Position numbers and translations under genes: made by a program
NCBI GenBank assembly: GCA_052279835.1
Contig: CP181291.1
Location: 1,504,001 to 1,568,000, forward strand
DNA: 64,000 nt
From: Microcoleus sp.
GTDB lineage: Bacteria; Cyanobacteriota; Cyanobacteriia; Cyanobacteriales; Microcoleaceae
Direction of reading: 5' to 3'
Part shown: positions 52,906 through 64,000 of the stretch, piece by piece
Numbering within the stretch: position 1 is the first letter of the stretch
How the letters are laid out: the number at the start of each line of letters is the position of its first letter
The notes under the pieces: generated by a model
Database searches by the model: none
What the model saw: the letters and a program-made list of their open reading frames with translations, nothing else
What the model was told of the DNA's origin: nothing

Positions 52906-54495
52906 ATGACTACTGGCTACCTCGCCCTCGTGCTCCACGCCCACCTACCCTTTGTCCGCCATCCCGAAAGCGACTATGTTTTAGAAGAAGAATGGCTGTT
53001 TGAGGCGATCGCCGAAACCTACATTCCTCTGCTACAAGTCTTTGAAGGGCTAAAGCGCGACGGCATCGACTTTAAAATTACCATGAGCATGACACCGCCC
53101 TTAGTGGCCATGCTGCGTGACCCCTTGTTGCAAGACAGATTCGACGAGCACCTGGCAAAACTCGAAGAATTAATCGAACTGGAAATGGATCACAACAGCG
53201 GCAACGGTCATCTCCGCTACTTAGCCGAACACTACGCCACCCATTTCTCTCAAGTCCGCAACTTCTGGGAAAGGTACGATCGAGATTTAGTCACAGCCTT
53301 CAAACAACACCAAGACACCAACAACCTCGAAATCATCACCTGCGGTGCCACCCACGGCTATTTACCGCTGATGAAAATGTACCCAGAAGCAGTTTGGGCA
53401 CAAATTCAAGTAGCCTGCGACAACTACGAAGCCAACTTCGGCCGTCGCCCCAACGGCATTTGGCTACCCGAATGCGCCTACTACGAAGGCCTAGAACGGA
53501 TGTTAGCCGATGCCGGCTTGCGATACTTCCTCACAGACGGTCACGGCATCCTCTACGCCCGTCCGCGCCCTCGCTACGGTAGCTACGCCCCCATTTTCAC
53601 CGAAAGCGGAGTAGCAGCATTCGGTCGAGATCACGAATCTTCCCAGCAAGTTTGGTCATCGGAAGTCGGCTATCCAGGTGCAGCAGAATACCGAGAATTC
53701 TACAAAGATTTGGGCTGGGAAGCAGATTACGAGTACATAAAGCCCTACATCATGCCCAACGGCCAGCGGAAAAATACCGGGATTAAGTATCATAAAATCA
53801 CCGGTCGCGGATTAAGTTTAGGGGACAAACAGTTATACGATCCATACTGGGCGAGGGAAAAAGCCGCCGAACACGCCAGCAACTTTGCCTTCAACCGCGA
53901 ACGCCAAGTCGAACACCTCAACGGCATCATGCAGCGCCCACCGATTATTGTTTCGCCCTACGACGCAGAACTTTTCGGTCACTGGTGGTACGAAGGGCCT
54001 TGGTTCTTAGACTACCTGTTCCGCAAGAGTTGGTATGACCAAAATACCTACGAGATGACCCATTTGGCAGATTATTTGCGCGCAAATCCGACTCAGCAAG
54101 TTTGTCGCCCCTCCCAGTCTAGTTGGGGATATCGCGGTTTCCATGAGTATTGGTTGAACGATACCAATGCTTGGATTTACCCCCATTTGCACAAGGCTGC
54201 GGAACGGATGATTGAGTTGGGAAGTATGGAACCGGAAGATGAGTTGCAGTCTCGTGCTTTGAATCAGGCGGCGCGGGAAGTGTTGTTAGCTCAATCTTCT
54301 GACTGGGCATTTATCATGCGTACAGGGACAATGGTCCCCTATGCGGTGCGACGGACTCGATCGCACTTAATGCGTTTTCACAAACTGTACGATGAAGTAA
54401 AAGAAGGGAAAGTCGATTCCGGTTGGTTGGAGAAAGTTGAGGAAATTGACAATATTTTCCCTGAAATCAACTATCGCGTTTACCGATCGCTTTAA
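52906..54495 (+). CDS. Glycoside hydrolase family 57 protein (branching-enzyme type)
   Basis: HAHLPFV, GIWLPECAY, YDAELFGHWWYEG, AQSSDWAF. Confidence 0.92.
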   Translation: MTTGYLALVLHAHLPFVRHPESDYVLEEEWLFEAIAETYIPLLQVFEGLKRDGIDFKITMSMTPPLVAMLRDPLLQDRFDEHLAKLEELIELEMDHNSGNGHLRYLAEHYATHFSQVRNFWERYDRDLVTAFKQHQDTNNLEIITCGATHGYLPLMKMYPEAVWAQIQVACDNYEANFGRRPNGIWLPECAYYEGLERMLADAGLRYFLTDGHGILYARPRPRYGSYAPIFTESGVAAFGRDHESSQQVWSSEVGYPGAAEYREFYKDLGWEADYEYIKPYIMPNGQRKNTGIKYHKITGRGLSLGDKQLYDPYWAREKAAEHASNFAFNRERQVEHLNGIMQRPPIIVSPYDAELFGHWWYEGPWFLDYLFRKSWYDQNTYEMTHLADYLRANPTQQVCRPSQSSWGYRGFHEYWLNDTNAWIYPHLHKAAERMIELGSMEPEDELQSRALNQAAREVLLAQSSDWAFIMRTGTMVPYAVRRTRSHLMRFHKLYDEVKEGKVDSGWLEKVEEIDNIFPEINYRVYRSL

Positions 54496-54510
54496 ACAGT
54501 TATATTACTC

Positions 54511-54608
54511 GTCCCCAGGGTCTGTGGGCCTGGGGACACTCCTCCCCATCCAGCCTTCCATTCAATTCTCCTCCCCTCATGTCCCCCTCTTAATCAGAGG
54601 GGGACATG
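54511..54608. repeat. Two intergenic hairpins
   Basis: GTCCCCAGG/CCTGGGGAC and CATGTCCCCCTCT/AGAGGGGGACATG. Confidence 0.5.
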
Positions 54609-54747
54609 ACAGTTTATGGGTTGCTTTTCTACGCGATATTACTTAGATATTCAAGCTTATTTAAGACCAAGGTATATACTTAATGACAATTCTAAAGACT
54701 GCATACTATAATCTAGTAACCTGTCCCCACATATAAATGATTAAATT

Positions 54748-57700
54748 ATGATTTTCCTAACAGGCTATCAAATAACTGAAAAAGTTTATGCGGGAGTCAA
54801 TACAGTTATTTATCGGGGAATCTGGGAAAAACATAACTTGCCTGTCATTGTCAAAATACCGATCGCAGAGTATCCCACTCTCGAAGAAATTACTCGGTTG
54901 AGACACGAATATAAAATTAGACAACCCCTCGAAAACATCGAAGAAATTATCAATTGTTATCGAACAGAGAATCATCAAAATGGGATTGCACTAATATTAG
55001 AAGACTGCGGCGGTCTGGGTTTATCTAATTTCCTGAAAACTACCAAACTGAATCTCAAACTTTTTTTACAAATAGGTATTCAGCTCGCAAAGGGCTTGGG
55101 CAATATTCATCAGCATCAAATAATTCACAAAGATATAAAACCTCAAAATATCATCATAAATCCCAGCAATAATTGCGTCAAAATAACCGACTTTAGCATC
55201 GCTTCCCGCTTGATTAGAGAAAACGCAACTCCTAGCTATGCTAACTTGCTCGAAGGCACGTTAGCTTATATGTCGCCCGAACAAACTGGTAGAATGAATC
55301 GGGCGATCGACTATCGCAGCGATTTCTATTCGTTAGGTGTCACTTTTTACGAGATGCTGACTGGTGAATTGCCATTTAGTGCGATCGACCCTTTAGAATT
55401 AGTTCACTGTCACATCGCCCGCACAGCGCCGTCTCCACAGAGTTTAAATCCCGAAATCCCCGAAGCAATTTCTGGAATTGTGATGAAACTGTTGGCCAAA
55501 ACAGCGGAAAATCGTTATCAAACTGCTGAAGGTTTAAAATTTGACTTAGAAAGTTGTCTGGCGAAGCTGCAAACAGCCAGCGCTACTATATCTGATTTTA
55601 TTCCCGGAAATGCCGATCGGGCCAGTCAATTGCTCATACCCCAAAAACTCTACGGTAGAGAAACCGAAGTAGCTACTTTACTCAGCGCTTTTGAGAGAGT
55701 TAGCGGTGGAAACCCCCCCCAACCCCCCCTTATTAAGGGGGGGCTTTCGGAGTCGCCTTCGGTTGGTAAGGGGGGGGCATCAGGGCTTTCTCCCTTAGCA
55801 AGCGGGGCTGGGGGGGTCGAATTGATTCTGGTTTCAGGTTATTCGGGGATTGGCAAAACTGCGATCGTCAATGAAGTACAGAAACCCATTGTACGGCAGC
55901 GCGGCTATTTTATTAGCGGGAAGTTCGACCAATTTAAACGCAATATTCCCTACGCTTCTTTAATTCAAGCATTCCAGTCATTAATTCAGCAGTTACTAAC
56001 AGAAACTGACGCATCCATCCAAACTTGGCAACAGAAACTGCTAGCAGCTTTAGGAACTAACGGCAAAGTTGTTGCAGACGTTATACCAGAAATCGAATTA
56101 ATCATCGGCAAACAACCAGAAGTAGCGCAATTAGGACCAACAGAATCGCAAAACAGATTTAATCGAGTGTTTAAACAATTCATCAGCGTGTTTACCGCCA
56201 AGGAACACCCCCTGGTGATTTTTTTAGACGATTTACAGTGGGCTGATTCCGCATCGCTGAAATTAATCGAACTGCTGGTGACAGACTCAGAAACCAAATA
56301 TTTACTAATAATAGGAGCCTATCGAGACAACGAAGTCAGTCCCAGCCATCCGCTGATGGTCACCATTGAAAACATCACCAAAACCCAACTAGCAACCCAA
56401 CAAATCGTCAGCAACATCATTCTCGCACCCTTACATTTAAGTCATGTCAAGGAATTAATAACTGATACTTTGAACTGTCAAAAATCCCCAGAAATAGAGC
56501 TACTGGCAGAGCTACTTTTTAACAAAACTCAAGGAAATCCTTTCTTTTTAACTCAATTGCTCCGAACTCTGTATCAAGAAAATTTGTTAGTTTACGACTT
56601 TCCATCGGGCGCGTGGCAGTGGGATATCGAACACATCCAAGCGATTGGAATTACTGACTGCAATGTGGTGGAGTTAGTCGCTCGAAATATTAGAAAATTG
56701 CCTGGGGTGGCCCAGTTAGCATTAAAATTAGCAGCTTGTATTGGCAACCAGTTTAATTTACAAGTGCTGGCAATTGTTAGCGAAAAATCTCAGACAGAAA
56801 CAGCTTTAGACCTCTGGGATGCGCTTCAGGCAGGTTTGATTTTGCCACTGAGCAACGATTACAAAATTCCGCTGGTTTTTGAAGGAGCAGAAACCGGGCC
56901 GACAGGGCTGCAAGATGTGAAGGTTGACTATAAGTTTTTGCATGACAGAGTGCAGCAAGCAGCTTATTCTTTAATCCCCCAAGAGCAGAAGCAAGAAACT
57001 CACCTGAAAATAGGTCAATTGCTGCTGCAAAATACTCCTGTTGATGCCAGAAAAGACAATATTTTTGCTCTGGTAAATCAACTGAATTTCGGTATCGAGG
57101 CAACGACAGGAGGATTGCCCCTACTGAATTCTGAACCAGAAAAAATTGAGTTAGCCCAGCTAAATTTGATTGCAGGTCAAAAAGCGAAGGAAGCGGCCGC
57201 TTTTGAGGCTGCTCTCAGGTATTTTAATCGGGGGATTGAACTCATAAATTCCCTCTGTCGCAATGGTGAGGACTCAAGTCAAGTTCAGTCAAGTTGGCAG
57301 AGTCATTATGACTTGACTTTGGCTCTGTATACAGAGGCAATGGAAGCCGAATATCTGAATACCAATTTACAGCAAGCTGAAAATATGGGGGAGTTAATCT
57401 TGCAGCAAGCTACTACTCAGTTAGATGCGGTAAAGGTATACGAGATTAAAATTCAAATGTATATAAACACCTTGCAGATGCTGAGAGCTTTGGATACTGG
57501 ATTGCAAGCTTTGGCAACTCTGGGTTTTTCCCGCTCAAAGATCCAGGATTTGGCTGGGAACGAGGTGATACTTCCTGAGTTTGAAGATTTAGAAAATTTA
57601 CCAAAAATGACTGCTCCTGAGCTGATTGCAGTAATAAAATTACTGCAATCTATTACTATTCCTGCTTTAGGTATAGAGCCAGAGATTGGTGTCCAAATTA

Positions 57701-60700
57701 TTTTTGTTCAAGTTAATCTCTGCATTGAACGAGGTTATTCAGCAATAGCTGCTTTATCCTATGTTTGGTACGGCACTATACTGTGTGCGATGGGAGAGAT
57801 TGAAAAAGGATATCGCGCCGGGAAATTGGCAGTGAAATTGTTAGATATATTTAATGGCAAGCCACTCATATGCTCCGTTTACAATATGTTTAACTCTTTT
57901 ATTAGACCGTGGAAAGAACACGCAAAAGAAAGTTTGGCTCCGTTGCAAGATGCGTTGCAAAACGGACTTGAGTTTGGGTGTTTAGACTATGTTGGTTATT
58001 GTCTTAGCAATTCTTCCATCTATCTATTTTTGAGTGGATGTCAACTAGATTCGTTATTTAACAAGCAATTATTATACGTAAACTTAAGCCAAGAAATTGG
58101 GAATTCATATATTGCGGTGGAAATTAATGTAGAAAGGCAATTAAATTTAAATTTGCAAGGTTTAGCAACAGACAAGTATCGGCTAATAGGAGAAGCAATT
58201 GATGAAGTTAGTTTGCTGTCACAGTTGCAAGTTGCCAATAATGGTTGGACGTTTTTTCATTTGTATATAGCTAAAGGAATTCTGCTTTATTTATTGAAAG
58301 ATGGTGCGGGGTCTGTTGCTAACCTTTTGGAAGCATTACAATACATTCAATCTATATTGGGGATTATGTATGTTGCTGTACACAATTTTTACTATTCCCT
58401 GGCGTTATTAGCTGTATATCCAACTGCTGATACTCAAGCAGAATATTTGCAGCAAGTGGAAGCAAATCAGGAAAAAATGCAGCATTGGGCTTTCCATGCA
58501 CCCATGAATTATCAGCACAAATACGAGTTGGTGGAAGCGGAAAAGGCGCGGGTGTTGGGAGACAAAGAGCGGGCGATGAATTATTACGATCGCGCTATTC
58601 AAAATGCCGGCGCCGAGGGATACATTCAGGAAGAAGCTTTAGCTAATGAATTAGCCGCCGAGTATTATCTGTCTCTGGGTAGGGAGAAAATTGCGAAAAC
58701 CTACATGACGGATGCTTATTACGGCTATATCCGCTGGGGCGCGAATGGAAAAGTTGCTGATTTGGAGGAACGATATCCGCAGTTAATTGTGCGATCGCCG
58801 CAAATTGACACTTCTTTTCTCAGCAATCATCCCACTTTTATTGTGAGTTCGGCCACCGCCACCAGCAGTCACAATTTTCTAGATTTCGCTACAGTAATTA
58901 AAGCATCTCTTGCTATTTCCGGAGAAATTGTTCTAGATTCTTTGCTGGAAAAAATGATGATAATTTTGCTGGAAAATGCTGGGGCCCAAACAGGTTGTAT
59001 CATCGCGTCACAATCCGGTGAGTTTGTCGTAGAAGCTGCGGGAGAAGTTGACGGCGAAGTCTCGATTCGCCAAGATGCGGCATTGCTGTATGCTTATCCG
59101 CGATCGGTGATTAATTATGTCGATCGCACTCAGCAAGATGTCGTGCTAAATGACGCCCGCAGCGAGGCAATTTTCAACAACGACCCCTACATCGTTGAAC
59201 GCCAGCCAAAATCGCTGTTATGCGCGCCGATCGTCTATCAAGGCAAATTAACGGCTATCCTGTATTTGGAAAATAACTTGACAAGCGACGCTTTTACAGC
59301 CGAACGTTTGGAAGTTTTGAAACTGCTTTCTTCCCAAGCTGCGATCGCCCTGGAAAATGCCCGTCTCTACGCTAACCTAGAAACCGCCAACCAACAATTA
59401 GCAGAATCTAACTTGACTCTGGAAACAAAAGTTCAACAACGCACCCAGGAATTATCCGAAAAAAATGTACTCCTGTCTCAAGAAATTCAAGAAAGGCAAA
59501 AAGCCGAAGCAGCAGCCAAAGCAGCCAGTCTCGCTAAAAGCGACTTTTTGGCTAATATGAGCCACGAATTGAGAACGCCACTAAACGGTATTTTAGGTTA
59601 CGCTCAAATCTTCCAACGAGACAAACATTTGACCGAACAGCAACAAGATGGAATTCGGATTATTCACCGCTGTGGCGAACATTTGCTGGCTTTAATTGAG
59701 GATGTTTTAGATATTTCTAAAATTGAAGCGCGGAAGATGGAATTAAAACCGACAGAGTTTAATTTGAGCGAATTTATTCAAGGTATAACTGCGATTTGTC
59801 GCATCCGGGCTAGCCAAAAAAACATAGCTTTTAACTGCGAATATTTATCAGTCATTCCCAGGGCGATCGCCGCGGATGAAAAGAAGTTGCGACAAATTTT
59901 GATTAATTTGATCGGCAATGCAGTTAAGTTTACTGAAGTTGGCGGTGTTACTTTTAAAATTTCAGCAGGCGAAAGGACTTCAGTCCTCACCACAAACCTG
60001 ACAAATGTTAAAATTCGCTTTCAAATCCAAGATACTGGTATTGGGATAGCCACTAATGAATTGTCAAAGATATTTTCGCCGTTTGAACAGGTGGGAAATA
60101 CTCCCCGCCACACGGAAGGAACCGGATTAGGATTAGCTATTAGCCACAAATTAGTGGAAATAATGGGTGGCGAATTGAAGGTGGAAAGCACTTTGGGACA
60201 AGGTAGCATTTTCTGGTTTGAGTTGGAGTTACCGGAAGTGAATTGCGACACAGATAACAAGTATTTGCCACAAGTAATCACTGGCTTTAAGGGCGCTAGC
60301 CAAACAATTTTGGTGGCAGATGACAAGTGGGAAAATCGCTCAGTTTTAGTGAATTTGCTCGAACCTTTGGGTTTTGAAACTATTGAGGCAATCGACGGGC
60401 AAGATTGTTTGAATAAAGCTCAGGAATTTCAGCCGGATTGCATTTTAATTGATTTGGTGATGCCGGTGATGGACGGATTTGAAGCGGTGCGACAAATTCG
60501 CAAGTTGCCCCAGTTGCAAGATGCGATCGCGATCGGTACTTCTGCTAGTGTTTATGAAGCTGAGAAGCAGGAAAGTTTGGCAGCCGGATGCAATGCTTTT
60601 CTTTCCAAGCCGATTCGAGTCGAGGAACTTTTAGATTGCCTGCAAGTTCATTTAGGTTTAGAATGGATCTATGAGGAATCAGAAAATCGGCTCGCTGACT

Positions 60701-60942
60701 CTGAAGTCTCCCAAGGATCGTCGAAAATTCCATCTCAAGAAATGATTGCTCCTGGACCAGGAGAAATAGCTATACTATTTGATTTAGCGATGATGGGAGA
60801 CTTGGCAGGTATTCAAACACAAGCAGAAAAACTGGGAAAACTTGATGTTAAATATGTGCCTTTTGCTAACCATCTAACTCAATTAGCTAAGGAATTTGAA
60901 GAAGAAAAAATTTTAGAGTGGGTGCAAAAATACAGGAGTTAG
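54748..60942 (+). CDS. Ser/Thr kinase-AAA ATPase-GAF-histidine kinase-receiver hybrid (HstK-like)
   Basis: HKDIKP, SPEQTGRMNR, GYSGIGKT, LDDLQWAD, GAF, SHELRTPL, NAVKFT, C-terminal REC. Confidence 0.94.
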   Translation: MIFLTGYQITEKVYAGVNTVIYRGIWEKHNLPVIVKIPIAEYPTLEEITRLRHEYKIRQPLENIEEIINCYRTENHQNGIALILEDCGGLGLSNFLKTTKLNLKLFLQIGIQLAKGLGNIHQHQIIHKDIKPQNIIINPSNNCVKITDFSIASRLIRENATPSYANLLEGTLAYMSPEQTGRMNRAIDYRSDFYSLGVTFYEMLTGELPFSAIDPLELVHCHIARTAPSPQSLNPEIPEAISGIVMKLLAKTAENRYQTAEGLKFDLESCLAKLQTASATISDFIPGNADRASQLLIPQKLYGRETEVATLLSAFERVSGGNPPQPPLIKGGLSESPSVGKGGASGLSPLASGAGGVELILVSGYSGIGKTAIVNEVQKPIVRQRGYFISGKFDQFKRNIPYASLIQAFQSLIQQLLTETDASIQTWQQKLLAALGTNGKVVADVIPEIELIIGKQPEVAQLGPTESQNRFNRVFKQFISVFTAKEHPLVIFLDDLQWADSASLKLIELLVTDSETKYLLIIGAYRDNEVSPSHPLMVTIENITKTQLATQQIVSNIILAPLHLSHVKELITDTLNCQKSPEIELLAELLFNKTQGNPFFLTQLLRTLYQENLLVYDFPSGAWQWDIEHIQAIGITDCNVVELVARNIRKLPGVAQLALKLAACIGNQFNLQVLAIVSEKSQTETALDLWDALQAGLILPLSNDYKIPLVFEGAETGPTGLQDVKVDYKFLHDRVQQAAYSLIPQEQKQETHLKIGQLLLQNTPVDARKDNIFALVNQLNFGIEATTGGLPLLNSEPEKIELAQLNLIAGQKAKEAAAFEAALRYFNRGIELINSLCRNGEDSSQVQSSWQSHYDLTLALYTEAMEAEYLNTNLQQAENMGELILQQATTQLDAVKVYEIKIQMYINTLQMLRALDTGLQALATLGFSRSKIQDLAGNEVILPEFEDLENLPKMTAPELIAVIKLLQSITIPALGIEPEIGVQIIFVQVNLCIERGYSAIAALSYVWYGTILCAMGEIEKGYRAGKLAVKLLDIFNGKPLICSVYNMFNSFIRPWKEHAKESLAPLQDALQNGLEFGCLDYVGYCLSNSSIYLFLSGCQLDSLFNKQLLYVNLSQEIGNSYIAVEINVERQLNLNLQGLATDKYRLIGEAIDEVSLLSQLQVANNGWTFFHLYIAKGILLYLLKDGAGSVANLLEALQYIQSILGIMYVAVHNFYYSLALLAVYPTADTQAEYLQQVEANQEKMQHWAFHAPMNYQHKYELVEAEKARVLGDKERAMNYYDRAIQNAGAEGYIQEEALANELAAEYYLSLGREKIAKTYMTDAYYGYIRWGANGKVADLEERYPQLIVRSPQIDTSFLSNHPTFIVSSATATSSHNFLDFATVIKASLAISGEIVLDSLLEKMMIILLENAGAQTGCIIASQSGEFVVEAAGEVDGEVSIRQDAALLYAYPRSVINYVDRTQQDVVLNDARSEAIFNNDPYIVERQPKSLLCAPIVYQGKLTAILYLENNLTSDAFTAERLEVLKLLSSQAAIALENARLYANLETANQQLAESNLTLETKVQQRTQELSEKNVLLSQEIQERQKAEAAAKAASLAKSDFLANMSHELRTPLNGILGYAQIFQRDKHLTEQQQDGIRIIHRCGEHLLALIEDVLDISKIEARKMELKPTEFNLSEFIQGITAICRIRASQKNIAFNCEYLSVIPRAIAADEKKLRQILINLIGNAVKFTEVGGVTFKISAGERTSVLTTNLTNVKIRFQIQDTGIGIATNELSKIFSPFEQVGNTPRHTEGTGLGLAISHKLVEIMGGELKVESTLGQGSIFWFELELPEVNCDTDNKYLPQVITGFKGASQTILVADDKWENRSVLVNLLEPLGFETIEAIDGQDCLNKAQEFQPDCILIDLVMPVMDGFEAVRQIRKLPQLQDAIAIGTSASVYEAEKQESLAAGCNAFLSKPIRVEELLDCLQVHLGLEWIYEESENRLADSEVSQGSSKIPSQEMIAPGPGEIAILFDLAMMGDLAGIQTQAEKLGKLDVKYVPFANHLTQLAKEFEEEKILEWVQKYRS

Positions 60943-60954
60943 TGAAAAAAAAAC

Positions 60955-62452
60955 ATGAGCAGTTTACAGTGGGAACAGAACATCATATTAATTGTCGATG
61001 ACAATCCCAATAATTTAGCAGTTCTGTTTGAGTTTTTGACAGCATCGGGATTTAAAGTTTTGGTGGCGAGAACCGGGGAAAGTGCGATTACAAAAGCTGA
61101 GTATTCCCTGCCGGATTTGATTTTGCTGGATGTGGTGATGCCTGGTATTGATGGGTTTGAAACTTGTCAGCGTTTGAAAGCAAATGATTCCACAAAAGAC
61201 ATCCCGATAATTTTCATGACAGCGCTGGATGAGACGGAAAATAAGGTAAAAGGGTTTGATTTAGGGGCGGTTGATTATGTTACTAAGCCGATTCAAAATG
61301 AAGAAGTTTTAGCTCGTGTCAAAGCGCATTTGAGCATTCGTAACTTGACGAAAAAACTTCAGGCTCAAAACGAGCAAATGCAGCAGGAAATTGCCGATCG
61401 CCAACTAGCTCAAGTCAGCCTGCGACAACTAGCTGAGCAATTGGAAAAACGAGTAGCAGAAACGCACTGCGGAACTTTCTGACACTAACGATCGGCTGAA
61501 ACAAGAGGTTAAAGAGCGACAACAAGTGCAGGAAAATTTGCAAAAATCTCTGTTAGAACTCCAGCAGGCTCAAACTCTCCTCATTCAAAACGAAAAAATG
61601 TCAGCTTTGGGGCAAATGGTGGCGGGTATTGCTCACGAAATTAACAATCCCGTGAATTTTATTTGTGGCAATCTCAACTACGTTCGCGACTATACTCAAG
61701 ATCTTTTGAGTGTACTCAATCTTTACCAGAAGCACTATCCAGATCCAGCAGTGGAAATAGAAACCAAATCGGATGCGGTGGATCTAGAATTCATTAAAAA
61801 AGATTTGGTGAAGATGCTGGATTCGATGCAGGTTGGAGGCGATCGCATTCGGGAGCTCATCTTCTCCATGCGCTATTTTTCGCGACAAGAAGGACTGGAG
61901 ATGAAGCAGATTAACCTCCACGAAAGTATTGACAGTACGCTGATGATTTTGAAAAATCGGTTGAAGTTTAAGCCGAACCGCCCCACCATTGAGGTGATTA
62001 AAAAGTATTCTTCTCAGGTGGTAACTGTAGAGTGTTTGGGCGGCGAAATAAATCAGGTATTTATGAATATCTTTGCCAATGCGATCGATGCGATCGAAGA
62101 ATCTATTATTGAGGGAAATACTGATGACATTAAACCCAATCTCTACCTGATTCAGGTTAGCACTGAACTCAGCAAATACAACACAGTAACTATTAAAATT
62201 TCCGACAGCGGGGCGGGAGTTAGCGAGGAAGTGCGGAGCAGAATATTTGACCCATTTTTTACTACGAAGCCGATCGGCAAAGGTACGGGAATTGGGCTGT
62301 CAATTAGCTGGCATATTGTAGTAGAAAAGCACGGGGGGATGTTGCGGTGCACTTCCATTCCGGGAAAAGGGACTGAATTTGCGATCGAGTTACCAATTCA
62401 ACAGCAAGTCCGAGACATGACAGCCTCTAGTCCCCAACCTGCGGGTTATTAA
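60955..62452 (+). CDS. Receiver-histidine kinase hybrid; +1 frameshift at 61460-61462
   Basis: REC (ILIVDD, LLDVVMPG, KP) and HisKA/HATPase (AHEINNP, FFTTKP) join as VAERTAELSD if one A is removed (498 aa). Confidence 0.88.
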
Positions 62453-62471
62453 AAACTGCAAGTTCGATCGA

Positions 62472-62903
62472 TTAAATTGTTGAATCCGATCGTTTTTGAT
62501 AATCTTGGGCCGAACTTGGGTCTAGTTCCCAGCGATGGTCATCTCGATGTTCTAGCATTTCTGTTGTTTCTAAAATAGCCCCATCGGCCATTTCTATCCC
62601 CGCCGCAACTCCGAGTTCATCCACCATATTCAGGTCAGGATTTGGAGCGCTTCCCCCCACCAATTCCTCACCAGTGGCACTTTCTTGTTCCGCAGCAGCA
62701 ACATCGCCATCGCTCTGGCTGATTGAGGTAGTGGCTGAAGTGTATTCCGAACTGTGGTCATTCAGAGTCGAGATCTCGTCTTCACTCAATCCCGGTTCCT
62801 GGATCGCTCCGGTACCGTAAGATTCGGTAATTTCTTGAGGTAATTCGTCCCAATTATCTGCTTCTTCTATTGCTTTTTCTGCGGTTGTTTTATGCTTGTT
62901 CAT
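62472..62903 (-). CDS. Acidic conserved protein (DUF6335-like)
   Basis: GEELVGGSAPNPD..VDELG.AAG and RDDHRWELDP.S motifs; likely ATG at 62903. Confidence 0.7.
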   Translation of the reverse strand: MNKHKTTAEKAIEEADNWDELPQEITESYGTGAIQEPGLSEDEISTLNDHSSEYTSATTSISQSDGDVAAAEQESATGEELVGGSAPNPDLNMVDELGVAAGIEMADGAILETTEMLEHRDDHRWELDPSSAQDYQKRSDSTI

Positions 62904-63107
62904 GATAAATACTCCTGTTTTTTGAGAGCCGTTGAATTCAAAAATTAAGCTGTTTTCCAGGTTCCTTTCCCCCTGCATTATTTGTAATTGCTATTTTGGT
63001 GATTGACTTCTATCTACGGCAATATTTTTAATTTATATTAGCTCTTTCATTAGGAGTAGCGATCGCCTTTTGTCACAGGCGATCGCTGTTTGATGCTCAG
63101 GCTAATT

Positions 63108-63314
63108 CTATTCCGGGAAATCAGGAATTACCCATTTGGGGGGTGCATTCCGTTTTTTTCTCACCGCTTCCTCCGCTATCTCCAGGATTTTGTCGAGGGA
63201 AGTATTTTCAATAAAACTTGACGTTGCCGCTGCGTATTCCCGCTTCGGGCACTTGTCGCCCAAAACGCAGCCATTGACGCAAGCTACAGCACAATCGACA
63301 CTGTTTTCCACCAT
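63108..63314 (-). CDS. Small Cys-rich conserved hypothetical protein
   Basis: CAVACVNGCVLGDKCP motif; likely ATG at 63314. Confidence 0.7.
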   Translation of the reverse strand: MVENSVDCAVACVNGCVLGDKCPKREYAAATSSFIENTSLDKILEIAEEAVRKKRNAPPKWVIPDFPE

Positions 63315-63479
63315 AACTTTTTTCCTTGACGCTTCTAACAACTAAATAGATACGTACTCTTGGTTAATTTGTCAAGAGACTTGCCTCTATCTTTATTTTA
63401 CTTTACAAACCACAATCAAAGGGCGATCGACTCAGGTAAATTACTATAAAATCTAAGTAACCTACATAATCTCTAGCTC

Positions 63480-63890
63480 ATGAGCGATTTTCTGCGCCGC
63501 TTAAAAATTTTACCTTGGCGAGAAATGCTGCAAATTGCCGCGATCGTCAACTTGACTGTTTTGGGAATAGAACTATTGTTAGCATGGAGTGCGATCGCGA
63601 TTCCCGCCATCAGCAACGCTCTGATGTTACTCTACAGCTCCTCCCTAGGAACATTGATACCTGTAGTTACAGCCGTGGGAATAGGGGCCCTAGCGGTTTA
63701 TTTTTTAGAATACTGGCAACAGCAATTTTTACTGAACCGGGCTAATTTGTGGCTTTTAGTTTTCTGTTTAGTCCTAGGTTTATTTTTCAAGTCTCTGCTG
63801 TTACCTCCATTTTTCATTAGTTTATCGGAAATTACACCCATAGCAGTTGCGGTGGGAGTTTTTTGGAAAGGTAGACCTTATTGGAGATAG
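63480..63890 (+). CDS. Conserved hypothetical membrane protein
   Basis: Four hydrophobic segments; LPW start and GVFWKGRPYWR end. Confidence 0.75.
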   Translation: MSDFLRRLKILPWREMLQIAAIVNLTVLGIELLLAWSAIAIPAISNALMLLYSSSLGTLIPVVTAVGIGALAVYFLEYWQQQFLLNRANLWLLVFCLVLGLFFKSLLLPPFFISLSEITPIAVAVGVFWKGRPYWR

Positions 63891-63955
63891 TTATTGATTA
63901 TTTGTTATGGGTTATTTGTTATGGGTTATTTGTTATGGGTTATTTGTTATTGGTT
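63891..63955. repeat. STRR heptamer tandem repeat
   Basis: (GTTATTTGTTATGG)n. Confidence 0.85.
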
Positions 63956-64000
63956 TTTAGTAACCACTGAAGTCCTTATAAGAAATGACTAAATTCCTGA

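Overview
Chromosomal window from a filamentous cyanobacterium. Abundant HIP1 GCGATCGC, psb28, heptamer STRR tracts and AGAAACCCGGTTTCT repeats point to a Microcoleus/Oscillatoriales-like organism (inference). Housekeeping and signalling content: CIRCE-controlled groEL2, corA, rnpB, rnc, a CryB/PhrB-type photolyase, psb28, moaB/mogA, GST, tRNA-Val(GAC), gatB, a GH57 enzyme, several PAS/GAF histidine kinases, a GGDEF-EAL protein and Ser/Thr kinases. Most notable: (1) a complete integron-type gene cassette (GNAT plus attC with matching boundary core sites, 22769-23465) with no integrase in the window; (2) an accessory island (about 26.7-34.1 kb) with Uma2, a papain-fold toxin/partner pair, and an LRR-Roc-COR gene lying between REP units of a RAYT transposase locus; (3) an NsiR1-like small RNA with its own promoter and terminator downstream of gatB; (4) a solitary DpdE-like SF2 helicase after tRNA-Val; (5) an IS605/TnpB-derived miniature element; (6) intergenic repeats inserted in frame into several proteins; (7) three frameshifts, all GAAC>GAAAC and one in gatB, most likely systematic sequencing errors. 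Family assignments come from motif recognition only; no database searches were run.
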